This document shows positions 28,562 to 37,673 of a DNA stretch of 64,000 bases, in pieces. The translations under genes were made by a program, and so were the position numbers. Where the stretch lies: positions 374,020 to 438,019 of the forward strand of contig CAWCWL010000006.1 in assembly GCA_963799235.1 (NCBI GenBank), in the 5' to 3' direction. The notes under the pieces are model-generated. The model saw nothing but the letters and a program-made list of their open reading frames with translations. It was not told the DNA's origin and did no database searches. Each line of letters begins with the position of its first letter. Positions within the stretch are counted from its first letter, which is position 1. This stretch comes from an uncultured Actinomycetota bacterium (GTDB lineage Bacteria > Actinomycetota > Actinomycetes > Propionibacteriales > Propionibacteriaceae).

Positions 28562-30331
28562 TCAGCGCCCGCTCTCCGGACCCGGCCCCGTCGTCGCTTC
28601 CGGGATGCCGGTCGGTGGGGTGCCGTAGGTCGCCTTGTGCCACGTCACGAACGCTGCGACGGCGGTGGGCAGGGTTGCGAAGATGCGGTCGTCGCCCACC
28701 TTCTCGACGAAGCCGGCAGCAGCCAGCTGGTCGCGCAGGTCCATCTTCACCCGCGCCATGGCGAAGATGATCCCCTCCTCCTCGAGTGAGGTGCGCAGCT
28801 GTTCCAGGGTGTCGACGGCGGTCAGGTCGACCTCGACGTTGGCTTCCGCGTTGAGCACGAACCACTCGGGCTTGGGCTCCGTGCCCGCCACCGACGCCAT
28901 GGCCCGGTTGAGGAAGTCGTCGGCGTTGGCGAAGAACAGGGGCGAGTCGTAGCGGTAGACCACCAGGCCCGGCACCTGCGTCGCCTGCGGGTAGTCGGCG
29001 ACGTCGTGCATGCCGGCGAGGCCCGGAACGTACCCGAGGATGCCGTCGTGCGGGTGCACGATCCGCCGGATCAGGTCGAGGATCGACAGCCCGACGGCGA
29101 TCCCGATGCCGGCCAGCAGGCCGGTGACCAGCACACCGATCAGGGCCACGAGAGCGAGCACGATCTCGCTGCGACGGAAGGCCGCGATGCGTCGCAGCTC
29201 CGCGAGGTCGATCAGCCGCAGGCCTGCGTAGACGACCACGCCGCCGAGCGCGGCCTGCGGGAAGGCTGCCAGCACCGGGCCGAAGATGAAGATCGATCCC
29301 AGCACCATGGCCGCCGCGACGAGGGAGTGCAGCTGGGTGCGGCTGCCGGCGGAGTCGCCGATCACCGTCCGGCTCGCGGAGGAGGAGACCGGGAAGCCGG
29401 CGAGGAAGCCGTTGGCGAGGTTGGCGGCCCCCATGGCCAGCAACTCGCTGTTGGCGTTCACCTGCTCATGCTTGCGGGCTGCGAACGCCCGTCCGGTGAG
29501 GATCACGTCGCTGTAGCCGACGACGGCGATGCCGAGCGCCACCGTGAGCAGCTGCAGCAGGTCGACCCCGTCCAGGGTGGGCAGCGCGGGGAGGGGGACG
29601 GTGGTGGGCACGGGTCCGATGATCGCGATCCCCTGGGCTGCGGGTCCGGCGATCGCAACACCGGCGGCTGCGGCCAGCATCACCAGCAGGGGTCCGGGAA
29701 GGAACGGTGCCCAGCGGCGCAGGGCGAACAGGGCGGTCGCAACGGCGAGCCCGAGCGCGAGCGTGGGCAGGTGGATGGCGCCGGCCTGCGCGATCACCGA
29801 CCCCGCTTCCTGCCAGGCGCTCTCCCCTGTGATGTGCAGCCCGGTCAGCTTGCCGAGCTGGCTGAACACCATCAGGACCCCGATGCCGGCCAGGTAGCCC
29901 ACCAGCACCGGCCGGGACAACAGGTTGGCGAGGAAGCCGAGCCGGGCGATCCGTCCGGCGAGGCAGACCACGCCGACGGCGACGGCGATCAACGCTGCGA
30001 GCTCCGCGCGACGCTGGCCCTCCACCGGTCCGGCGAGCGCGAGGATGCCGGCGGCCGCCATCAGGGCTGTTGTCGACTCGGGCCCGATCGAGAGCTGCCG
30101 GGAATCACCGAGGATCGCGTAGACCACCATGGGCGCCAGCACGGCCCACAGGCCGGCGACGGGCGGCAGGCCGATGATCTCCGCGTAGGCCATCACCTGC
30201 GGCACGAGGTAGGCGGCAACGGTGATGCCGGCGATCAGGTCCCCTCGCAGCCACGAGCGGTCGTAGCCGAGCAGGGTCGCCAGTCCGGGAGTCCACCTGC
30301 GCCATCCGGCGGGCCGCGCTTGCTGCTGCAC
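28562..30331 (-). CDS. SulP-family anion transporter with C-terminal STAS domain
   Basis: Starts ...LRGDLIAGITVAAYLVPQVMAYAEIIGLPPVAGLW..., followed by multiple TM segments. The STAS-like tail reads ...VVYRYDSPLFFANADDF.... Confidence 0.9.
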   Translation of the reverse strand: MQQQARPAGWRRWTPGLATLLGYDRSWLRGDLIAGITVAAYLVPQVMAYAEIIGLPPVAGLWAVLAPMVVYAILGDSRQLSIGPESTTALMAAAGILALAGPVEGQRRAELAALIAVAVGVVCLAGRIARLGFLANLLSRPVLVGYLAGIGVLMVFSQLGKLTGLHITGESAWQEAGSVIAQAGAIHLPTLALGLAVATALFALRRWAPFLPGPLLVMLAAAAGVAIAGPAAQGIAIIGPVPTTVPLPALPTLDGVDLLQLLTVALGIAVVGYSDVILTGRAFAARKHEQVNANSELLAMGAANLANGFLAGFPVSSSASRTVIGDSAGSRTQLHSLVAAAMVLGSIFIFGPVLAAFPQAALGGVVVYAGLRLIDLAELRRIAAFRRSEIVLALVALIGVLVTGLLAGIGIAVGLSILDLIRRIVHPHDGILGYVPGLAGMHDVADYPQATQVPGLVVYRYDSPLFFANADDFLNRAMASVAGTEPKPEWFVLNAEANVEVDLTAVDTLEQLRTSLEEEGIIFAMARVKMDLRDQLAAAGFVEKVGDDRIFATLPTAVAAFVTWHKATYGTPPTGIPEATTGPGPESGR

Positions 30332-30447
30332 GCGGCAAACGTAACCGTTGCCCGTCTCCGCACGCAGCAGGGACGCCGGAAAGGCTCGGCAATGAGGGCT
30401 GCTCCGACCCTTCGTCCCGCTCAGGGATCGTGGGGTGGGCCGAGCAG

Positions 30448-32022
30448 CTACCGGCCGGCGATGCCGGAGACCCAGGCTCCCGGAAGACCGAGAGCGATGC
30501 GCCAGCCCTCCGACGTGCGGGTCACGGCCTTGGTGGCGCCGGTCACGGACCTGGCGGTCATCTCCTGCACCAGCCCACCGGCGTACCGCTGGGTGACCTG
30601 CACTGATCGAAGCTTGCCGATGTTGAAGAGGTCCTCCGCGGTGGACTGGCTCACTTTCACCGTCCAGCTGCGGTACGGGTTGCCGGGCGCGAGGACCGAG
30701 TACGGATCATCGATGTGGCTGAGGTAGGGGATCGCCGTGGTGCCGAACGCCTCGGCATTGGACACCGTGCCGGAGTAGGTGATGCCGCCGGTCGTGTAGC
30801 TGCCGGAGGAGGCGAAGTACGGTGTCTCCGCGATCGCTGAGGTTGCTGCTGCGGAGGGCCGCACGACCTGCACTGTCGTCGAGGTCAGTGTCTGGTCGAC
30901 GGCCCGCCGCCACTCGGCACTGCCCGCTCCCCCTGCCTTCTTCCAGCCGGTGAAGTTCTGGCTGCGGGAGTCGTCGAAGACCTGGCAGTCGCATCGTGCA
31001 TCCACGCCACCTGGGGAGGGATTCCACCGCAGCGCCCTGGTGATCACGTAGGACCGCGCGGCGACCACCTGGGCCCTCAAGGCCTCCAGCCCGCGCCCGG
31101 CGCCGCTCCCCCACGACGACGGCATCTCGTCGATGCCGTACAGGTACTCGGTGTTCATCTTCAGCTCGTTGACGATGTTCGGGCGCTTGCCGATGACGGT
31201 GGCCTGCAGGTTCCCGTACCGGTAGGTGCCCTGGGCGCCGGCCACCGCGACCGTCGCCGAGCTCGACCACCGGAACAGCAGGCGGGCCGCTGACAGCGTC
31301 CGGGCCTTGCCATTGGTGAGCGTCACCTTCGCGGTGACCTTCGACCCGGAGACCCCGACGGTGATCGGCTTCTTCGCAGCAGTGGTGGCAAGGGTGGTGG
31401 TGCCATCGGTCACGGTGAATCCGCCGGTGGTGGTCGAGAGTCTGGTCGTCGTGCGCGAGTCCGACGGCGGCCCGAGCACCTGCACCTTGATCGTGCGGGT
31501 GTTGTTGGTGGCTGTGCCGACCTTGGCGCCGGGGTAGTAGTACTCGAGGATCTGCTCCGCGCTCCAGGCCTGGTCCCTTGCCAGCTGGTAGGCGCCGTAC
31601 TGGGACATGCCGACGCCGTGGCCGCGACCGGAACCGGTGACGGTGAACGTCGCCGGTACGAAGTGGACGGTGAACGAGGTACTGGTGGCCTTGCCTCTGA
31701 CCGTGAACCGGTAGGTACGGTCGCCGACCCCGTGCTTCACCTTGACGGCACCCTTGCCGGCGCGGACGGTCACCTTCTTCTCCGTGACCCAGGCCGAGCC
31801 CTTGGCGTACTGGAGCAGGGCGGTGCCCTTCTTCACAGCCCTGCCGTTCTTCGTGAACCTGACGGTCAGCTTGATGGCCTTCGCGGACGTCGTCGTCCCG
31901 CCCGCGGCGGCAACCCCGGTGAGGCTGTACCCCGACGCTGCGTGAGCCGGCGCCACCCACGGCGACAGCATGCCGAGGACGGTGATGATCAGCCCGCTGA
32001 GGGCAAGGCGGAAGTGGCGCAC
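30448..32022 (-). CDS. SpoIID/LytB domain-containing secreted protein
   Basis: Has a signal peptide and the motif ...GSGRGHGVGMSQYGAYQLA...ILEYYYPGAKVG..., plus later SpoIID-type motifs. Confidence 0.85.
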   Translation of the reverse strand: MRHFRLALSGLIITVLGMLSPWVAPAHAASGYSLTGVAAAGGTTTSAKAIKLTVRFTKNGRAVKKGTALLQYAKGSAWVTEKKVTVRAGKGAVKVKHGVGDRTYRFTVRGKATSTSFTVHFVPATFTVTGSGRGHGVGMSQYGAYQLARDQAWSAEQILEYYYPGAKVGTATNNTRTIKVQVLGPPSDSRTTTRLSTTTGGFTVTDGTTTLATTAAKKPITVGVSGSKVTAKVTLTNGKARTLSAARLLFRWSSSATVAVAGAQGTYRYGNLQATVIGKRPNIVNELKMNTEYLYGIDEMPSSWGSGAGRGLEALRAQVVAARSYVITRALRWNPSPGGVDARCDCQVFDDSRSQNFTGWKKAGGAGSAEWRRAVDQTLTSTTVQVVRPSAAATSAIAETPYFASSGSYTTGGITYSGTVSNAEAFGTTAIPYLSHIDDPYSVLAPGNPYRSWTVKVSQSTAEDLFNIGKLRSVQVTQRYAGGLVQEMTARSVTGATKAVTRTSEGWRIALGLPGAWVSGIAGR

Positions 32023-32088
32023 GCTTCAGGCTCTCATGGCGCCCGGCCCCACCGCCGGGACTCCGCCGAGGTCGTACAAGCAGTCCCC

Positions 32089-32248
32089 CGGCACGAAAGG
32101 GGACAGTCCCCTTTCAATTCAGACTTTCAATTCAGACCCACGCAGACGCACGCGCGATCGGCACGAAAGGGGACAGTCCCCTTTCAATTCAGACCCACGC
32201 AGAGCAGGCGCGACCGGCACGAAAGGGGACTGTCCCCTTTCGTGCCGG
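32089..32248. repeat. three tandem copies (periods ~70 and ~56 bp) of a hairpin unit CGGCACGAAAGGGGAC(A/T)GTCCCCTTTC...
   Basis: Copies start at 32089, 32159 and 32214/5. Copies 1-2 continue AATTCAGACCCACGCAGA. Copy 1 also has an internal duplication of TTTCAATTCAGAC. Confidence 0.9.
32214..32248 (-). terminator. perfect 17-bp-arm hairpin 21 nt after the radical-SAM gene stop
   Basis: CCGGCACGAAAGGGGAC-T-GTCCCCTTTCGTGCCGG. There is no U-tract, so the terminator role is inferred from position only. Confidence 0.5.
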
Positions 32249-32268
32249 GACGGAGCTTCGGGACGGGA

Positions 32269-34206
32269 TCAGCTGGTGACGACTGTGAGGGGCAGGAGGT
32301 TGCGGCCGGTGGGGCCGATCTGGATCTCCGTGCCGAACTGGGGGCAGACGCCACAGTCGTAGCAGCCGGACCAGCGGCAGTCCTCGACCTCTGCGCCTAG
32401 TACGGCGTCCTGGTAGTCCTGCCAGAGCCAGTCGCGGTCGAGGCCGGCGTCCAGGTGGTCCCAGGGGAGAACCTCGGACTGGCCGCGCTCACGGGTCGTG
32501 TACCAGTCAAGGTCGATGCCGTGCCCGGTGAGGACGGTCTGCGTTGCGGCTTCCCAGCGGTCGTAGGAGAAGTGCTCGCTCCAGCCGTCGAACTTGCCGC
32601 CGTTGCGCCAGACCTCCTCGATGACGGCGCCGACCCTGCGGTCGCCACGGCTCAGCAGGCCCTCGATCACGCCCGGCTTCCCGTCGTGGTAGCGCATGCC
32701 GATGGCGCGGCCGTACCTGTGGTCGTTGCGGATCTTGTCCTTCAGCATCCGCAGGCGCCGGTCGATCGTGTCCGGGTCGGCCTGCGCGGCCCACTGGAAC
32801 GGGGTGTGCGGCTTGGGCACGAAGCCGCCGATGCTGATGGTGCAGCGGACGTCCCGCGTCCCGGCGGCCTTGCGTCCGGTCTCGATCACCCGCGCAGCCA
32901 TGTCGGCAATCGCGAGCACGTCCTCATCGGTCTCGGTCGGCAGCCCGCACATGAAGTAGAGCTTCACCTGCCGCCAGCCCTGGGCGAACGCCGCCGCAAC
33001 GGTGTTGATCAGGTCTTCCTCCGTGACCATCTTGTTGATCACCTTGCGCAGCCGTTCCGACCCGCCTTCCGGGGCGAAGGTCAGCCCGGAGCGCCGGCCG
33101 TTGCGGCTGAGCTCGTTGGCGAGGTCGATGTTGAACGCGTCCACCCGGGTGCTCGGCAGCGAGAGGGAGACGAAGCTGCCCTCGTAGCGATCAGCGAGCT
33201 GCTTGGCGACCGGCCCGATCTCGGAGTGGTCGGCGCTGGAGAGGCTGAGCAGCCCGACCTCTTCCAACCCCGTGGCGGCGAGTCCACCGGCCACCATGGC
33301 GCCGATGGTCTCGATGTTCCGCTCGCGGACGGGACGGGTGATCATGCCCGCCTGGCAGAACCGGCAGCCGCGGGTGCAGCCGCGGAAGATCTCCACCGAG
33401 TAGCGCTCGTGCACGGTCTCCGCCAGCGGCACCACCGGACGGGCGGGGTACGGCCACTCGTCGAGCTCCATCAGCGTGTGCTTCGCGACCCTCGCCGGCA
33501 CACCGTCGACGACGGGCGTGACCGTAGCGATCGCGTGGTCGGGTCCGTAGCTGACCTCGTAGAACGCCGGGACGTAGGCGACGCCGTGGGTGGCCAGCGT
33601 CAGCAGCAGCCCGCGTCTTCCGTCCGGACGCCCCGCCGCCTTCCATGAGCGCACCAGCTCGGAGACGATGAGGGCGGCTTCCTCCCCGTCGCCCAGCACT
33701 GCGGCATCGATGAAGTCGGCGACCGGTTCGGGGTTGAACGCAGCGTGTCCGCCGGCGATCACGATCGGGTCGTCCTCTCCCCGGTCGACGCTGTGCAGCG
33801 GGATGCCCGCGAGGTCGAGCGCCTCGATCAGGTTGGTGTAGCCGAGCTCCGTGGAGAAGCTGACGCCGAGCAGGTCGAACGCCTTCACCGGCAGGTGGTT
33901 CTCCAGAGTGAACTGCGGCAGGCCGTGCTCACGCATCTTCTCCGCGAGGTCGGGCCACACCGAGAAGGTCCGCTCGGCGACCATCCAGTCGCGCTCGTTG
34001 AGGATTTCGTACAGGATCGCCAGGCCCTGGTTCGGCTGGCCGACCTCGTAGGCGTCGGGGTACATCAGCGCCCAGCGCACCTCGGCAGCAGCGAAATCCT
34101 TGCTGAACGAGTTCACCTCGCCGCCGGTGTACTGCACCGGCTTGGTGACCTGGGCGAGCAATGGCTCCAGCCGCGGGTAGAGGGACGTCACGGTGTCGGC
34201 AGTCAT
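32269..34206 (-). CDS. B12-binding-domain radical SAM protein (TIGR03960-like)
   Basis: 645 aa with the radical-SAM cluster motif FRGCTRGCRFCQAGMITRP. The family name is recalled from its typical pairing with the DUF2344-like gene and rne. Confidence 0.9.
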   Translation of the reverse strand: MTADTVTSLYPRLEPLLAQVTKPVQYTGGEVNSFSKDFAAAEVRWALMYPDAYEVGQPNQGLAILYEILNERDWMVAERTFSVWPDLAEKMREHGLPQFTLENHLPVKAFDLLGVSFSTELGYTNLIEALDLAGIPLHSVDRGEDDPIVIAGGHAAFNPEPVADFIDAAVLGDGEEAALIVSELVRSWKAAGRPDGRRGLLLTLATHGVAYVPAFYEVSYGPDHAIATVTPVVDGVPARVAKHTLMELDEWPYPARPVVPLAETVHERYSVEIFRGCTRGCRFCQAGMITRPVRERNIETIGAMVAGGLAATGLEEVGLLSLSSADHSEIGPVAKQLADRYEGSFVSLSLPSTRVDAFNIDLANELSRNGRRSGLTFAPEGGSERLRKVINKMVTEEDLINTVAAAFAQGWRQVKLYFMCGLPTETDEDVLAIADMAARVIETGRKAAGTRDVRCTISIGGFVPKPHTPFQWAAQADPDTIDRRLRMLKDKIRNDHRYGRAIGMRYHDGKPGVIEGLLSRGDRRVGAVIEEVWRNGGKFDGWSEHFSYDRWEAATQTVLTGHGIDLDWYTTRERGQSEVLPWDHLDAGLDRDWLWQDYQDAVLGAEVEDCRWSGCYDCGVCPQFGTEIQIGPTGRNLLPLTVVTS

Positions 34207-34222
34207 GGTTGGGCAAGCGTAA

Positions 34223-35014
34223 TCAATACCGCTGCGGTTGCGAAGCCGGGCCCTTCCGCGCCAGCTGCGCGCTCACCGCGTCGCTGCGTAGTTCTCGCAA
34301 GGCGTCGCGCGCCACCCAACGCGCAGCCGGGGAGCCGGGATGACGGGCGAGGATGCGCTCGGCCGCGTCGACGGCGGCGGTGTGGCACGCCGGCGAGCGC
34401 TTGCCGATCTGCCGCAGAGCCCAGTTCACGGCCTTCTTCACCAGGTTCCGCTCGTCGCTCGCCTCCGCCTCCACCAAGGGCAGGAAGGCGATGATCGCCG
34501 CGTCCGGCGCTGCCTTGTCGTGGACGGCGAGGGTGGCCATCAGGACGAAGCCGGCCCGCTTGACGAACACCTCAGGGCTCCCCGTCCATCCGGCCGCCTT
34601 GGCGTAGGCGAACGGTGTGGGCACGAAGAGCTTCTGCAACTGGTCGCAGGTGTCCCAGCTGTCGAGGTCGGCCACCCAGGCGTCGGCCTGGGTCTGGGTG
34701 ACCAGCGCGGGAATGTCGACGAGCCCGGCGAGGATCCGTGCCTCGTGCACCCCCGAATCCCACAGGTGGCGGGCCGTGACGTGCACCAGCCCGGGGTCGC
34801 TGCGCCGTAGCGGACGGAGTTGGCCGGCCGCGGCACGCAGCAGCGGCATCGGGACGCCGAGCGTGCCTTCAGGGTTGATGCCGTAGCGGACCATGCCTGC
34901 GACGTTGTCCGGCTGGCCTACGGAGCGAAGCCACCCCAGGAGGTCGGCCGCCAGAGCAGCAGGGTCATCAACGGCGGACGGCGGCGTCCACGGACGGGCC
35001 GGCCCTGTGAGCAC
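34223..35014 (-). CDS. DNA alkylation repair protein (AlkD-like HEAT-repeat family)
   Basis: Contains ...MVRYGINPEGTLGVPMPLLR...VHEARILAG...DLDSWDTCDQL...VKRAGFVLMA...ERNLVKKAVNWALRQIGKR. Confidence 0.8.
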   Translation of the reverse strand: MLTGPARPWTPPSAVDDPAALAADLLGWLRSVGQPDNVAGMVRYGINPEGTLGVPMPLLRAAAGQLRPLRRSDPGLVHVTARHLWDSGVHEARILAGLVDIPALVTQTQADAWVADLDSWDTCDQLQKLFVPTPFAYAKAAGWTGSPEVFVKRAGFVLMATLAVHDKAAPDAAIIAFLPLVEAEASDERNLVKKAVNWALRQIGKRSPACHTAAVDAAERILARHPGSPAARWVARDALRELRSDAVSAQLARKGPASQPQRY

Positions 35015-35029
35015 GGAGCGCCCGTCAGC

Positions 35030-35707
35030 TCAATCGACGGGCGCGTGCGGCGCTGCGTTCTCCACGACGATGTCGGCGCGGTGCGACGGGTCGCAGGACT
35101 GCAGGTAGAGCAGCTGGCCCTGGTAGTACCGGGCGTTGCGCGGGTCCTCCGGGTCGGCGTCCAGCTTCTTGTCGCGGTCGGCCAGGCGGTGGAAGGACTC
35201 CTCGAAAGGCACCTCGAGCCATACCGAGAGGTCCCAGATCTTCTTCTTCTTGCTGGAACACAACTCGTCGCGGTGGATGAACATGCCGTCGATGATCACC
35301 ACGGCGTGGTCGGGGGCGACCCGCCAGGGCGACTTCACCTCCGACTCCGAGTACAGGTCGTAGGCGGCCGTGCGGTAACGGCCCGAGCCGCCGTGGCCCA
35401 GCGGCTCAAGGACCTCGTTGCTGAACCGTTCGTAGTCGTAGCTGTCCTCGAAGTAGCCCTTGGCCGACGAGCGCCCCTGCGCGTACCGCTTGCTCTGCGG
35501 GTTGAGGTAGTGGTCCATCGAGATCCGGATGACTTCGAGCCCGGATTCCTTCAGGAGTTCGGCGAGCTCGTTGGCGAAGGTGGTCTTGCCTGCGCCGTCC
35601 ACGCCGTCGACCCCGACGAGGGTGCGACCGGCCCGGGAGCGGATGTTCGCCCTCAGCCACTTGAGTGCGCTTGAGGCATCCAGCTTGGTCTCCACGTCGT
35701 TAGTCAT
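35030..35707 (-). CDS. P-loop nucleoside kinase-like protein (uridine kinase/PRK family)
   Basis: Contains the Walker A motif GVDGVDGAGKTTF and ...VVIIDGMFI.... The start is at ATG 35707 with GAAGGTG upstream; the track ORF extends to 35848. Confidence 0.7.
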   Translation of the reverse strand: MTNDVETKLDASSALKWLRANIRSRAGRTLVGVDGVDGAGKTTFANELAELLKESGLEVIRISMDHYLNPQSKRYAQGRSSAKGYFEDSYDYERFSNEVLEPLGHGGSGRYRTAAYDLYSESEVKSPWRVAPDHAVVIIDGMFIHRDELCSSKKKKIWDLSVWLEVPFEESFHRLADRDKKLDADPEDPRNARYYQGQLLYLQSCDPSHRADIVVENAAPHAPVD

Positions 35708-35759
35708 CTCACACCTTCGTTGGCGAACATGTCGCGAGGTAATCCAGCGTACCCCGATG

Positions 35760-36875
35760 TCATCGGAGGGCTTCCCGCTGGAATGCCGCGGGAGCGGCGG
35801 ATTGGGGAATTCTGAGACGTCTTGCCACCAGCAGCAGGCCGGCGACAAGGGTCAGGGTGAAGAACACCTGGATGAGGATCTCCGGACCGGCTGCGCCGGC
35901 CTCGCGGTCGAACATGCCCTCGAGCCCTCCGAACGGGATCGTGACCTCGCCGATCAGGTTGTTCACGACGTGCAGTGCGACGGCTGCCTCGAGGCCGCCG
36001 GTCTTCCACACCAGGATCGAGCAGGCAAGGCCGACGGTGAAGTAGTAGCCGTTGAGCCAGGGATCGCCGGCACCGTGCAGCAGCATGAACACCGCGGACG
36101 TGACCACGGTCGCGACAACGAGGCCGACGCGCGCGGAGCCGAACCAGGAGCCGATGCTGCGGGCCAGCAGCCCACGGATGCCGTACTCCTCGCCGGCAGC
36201 CTGCAGCGGCGTGGTGAGCAGGATCGCGATGATCAGGAACCACGAGTCGGCGTTCCAGACCAGCTGCGGGGCCCCGCCGAGCAGCATCTCGACGCCGACG
36301 CTCGCCAGCAGGATCGGGATGGCCACCGCGACGAACCGCCAGAACAGGCCCCAGCGGAAGCCGCCTGCGATCGAACTGATCCAGCGTGGACGCTGCCCGA
36401 AGACCGCCCACGCCGTCAGCCCGGCCAGCGGGATGGCTGCGGCGAGTCCGAGGTTGTTGGCAAGGAACAGCAGCGGAGTGAGCTTCAGCTCGCCCCGCGT
36501 CAGGGCCTCCATGTCGAGCCGGCCCGAGGACACGTCGATCAGGACCGGCGGGATCGAGATCAGCAGGGTTGCGAGGAACCAGGTGGCGACGAACATGGCG
36601 ATGGAGAGCAACGGCCTCCACCAGCGGAACCGCGGAGCGCGGAAGAACTCGTGGTACTCCCGCTCCACGATCGGAAGGGCCGACGGCTTCGCCGGCCGCC
36701 AGTCCGGCGGCGGGGACGGGCTCAGCCACACCCCGTCCGGCTGCCCGTCCTGCGGCGGCATCGGGCCGTTGGCGTAGGTCCACGGGTAGGCAGGCGCGCC
36801 AGGACCATTGGGTCCCGGCGACGGGTCAGGGGCGTCCGGCAGCTCAGCGGGAGTCAGCCCAGGTTCGGAAACCAC
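35760..36875 (-). CDS. CPBP-family intramembrane glutamic endopeptidase (CAAX/Abi)
   Basis: Multi-TM protein with AAGEEYGIRGLL, SAVFMLLHG and AVALHVVNN motifs and a Pro-rich N-terminus. The start is uncertain; the GTG at 36875 overlaps the end of ndk. Confidence 0.8.
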   Translation of the reverse strand: MVSEPGLTPAELPDAPDPSPGPNGPGAPAYPWTYANGPMPPQDGQPDGVWLSPSPPPDWRPAKPSALPIVEREYHEFFRAPRFRWWRPLLSIAMFVATWFLATLLISIPPVLIDVSSGRLDMEALTRGELKLTPLLFLANNLGLAAAIPLAGLTAWAVFGQRPRWISSIAGGFRWGLFWRFVAVAIPILLASVGVEMLLGGAPQLVWNADSWFLIIAILLTTPLQAAGEEYGIRGLLARSIGSWFGSARVGLVVATVVTSAVFMLLHGAGDPWLNGYYFTVGLACSILVWKTGGLEAAVALHVVNNLIGEVTIPFGGLEGMFDREAGAAGPEILIQVFFTLTLVAGLLLVARRLRIPQSAAPAAFQREALR

Positions 36876-37270
36876 AGTCCGATCTCGCGGCTGGCGGACT
36901 CCGGGGAATCGGAGGCGTGCACCAGGTTCTCCCGGTTGGAGAGTGAGTAGTCGCCACGGATCGTCCCGGGGGCAGCGACCGCCGAGTTCGTGGCGCCGTT
37001 CATCAGCCGCACGACGTCGATGGCGGTCGGGCCTTCCAGCACGACGGCGACCAGCGGTCCGGCGGTGATGTAGTCCCGCAGCGGCGGGTACCAGGGCTGC
37101 GCGACGTGGTCGGCGTAGTGGCGGTCGGCCATGGCGGCATCGATGTGCCGGAGCTCGAGCGCGACGGCGGCGAGCCCCTTCGCCTCGTAGCGGGCCAGGA
37201 TCGTGCCGGCCAGGCCGCGGCGTACCGCGTCCGGCTTCAGCAGGACCAGGGTCCGTTGCAGATCGGTCAT
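36854..37270 (-). CDS. ndk: nucleoside-diphosphate kinase
   Basis: Contains MTDLQRTLVLLKPDAV...GATNSAVAAPGTIRGDY...NLVHASDS. GGGAGGG lies upstream of the ATG at 37270. Confidence 0.95.
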   Translation of the reverse strand: MTDLQRTLVLLKPDAVRRGLAGTILARYEAKGLAAVALELRHIDAAMADRHYADHVAQPWYPPLRDYITAGPLVAVVLEGPTAIDVVRLMNGATNSAVAAPGTIRGDYSLSNRENLVHASDSPESASREIGLWFPNLG

Positions 37271-37304
37271 GGCAGGCACCCTACCCTCCCGCCTGCAGGC
37301 AACG

Positions 37305-37673
37305 TCATGCCGTCGGCGGCGCCGGACGGCCACCGCCTGGCGGGGTGGCTTCGATGCGGCGGCCGAGGGCGAAGCAGACCACCCAGAGCAGGACGAACAT
37401 GCCGCCGACCCAGAACATCATTTCTGTGGCGAAGCCGAGCGCGATGGCCACAACCTGGGTGATCCAGCCCAGCAGGTATCCGCCGGGACGGCGCAGCATC
37501 CCTGCCGCGACGATCGCCAGTGCCGCCGCACCGAAACCGAGCCCGAACGAGAGCGGTACCGAAAGGGTCGACACCTGGATCATGCCGGCGATCGCGAGCC
37601 CGAAGATGATCGCCTCGAACACGAGGATGCTCAGCATCACCCGACCCATCGGGTTGGTCTGCGCCAGCTTCAC
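37305..37673 (-). CDS. DUF4233-like small membrane protein
   Basis: Four hydrophobic segments. It holds the conserved position between folC and ndk, and its GTG start overlaps the folC stop as GTGA. Confidence 0.75.
   Translation of the reverse strand: MKLAQTNPMGRVMLSILVFEAIIFGLAIAGMIQVSTLSVPLSFGLGFGAAALAIVAAGMLRRPGGYLLGWITQVVAIALGFATEMMFWVGGMFVLLWVVCFALGRRIEATPPGGGRPAPPTA

Noticed and set aside
32089-32248. A possible CRISPR array, because of regularly repeated palindromic units
   Set aside because: There are only three units. The intervening sequences are themselves repeated rather than unique spacers. The periods are unequal (~70 and ~56 bp), and no cas genes are in the window.
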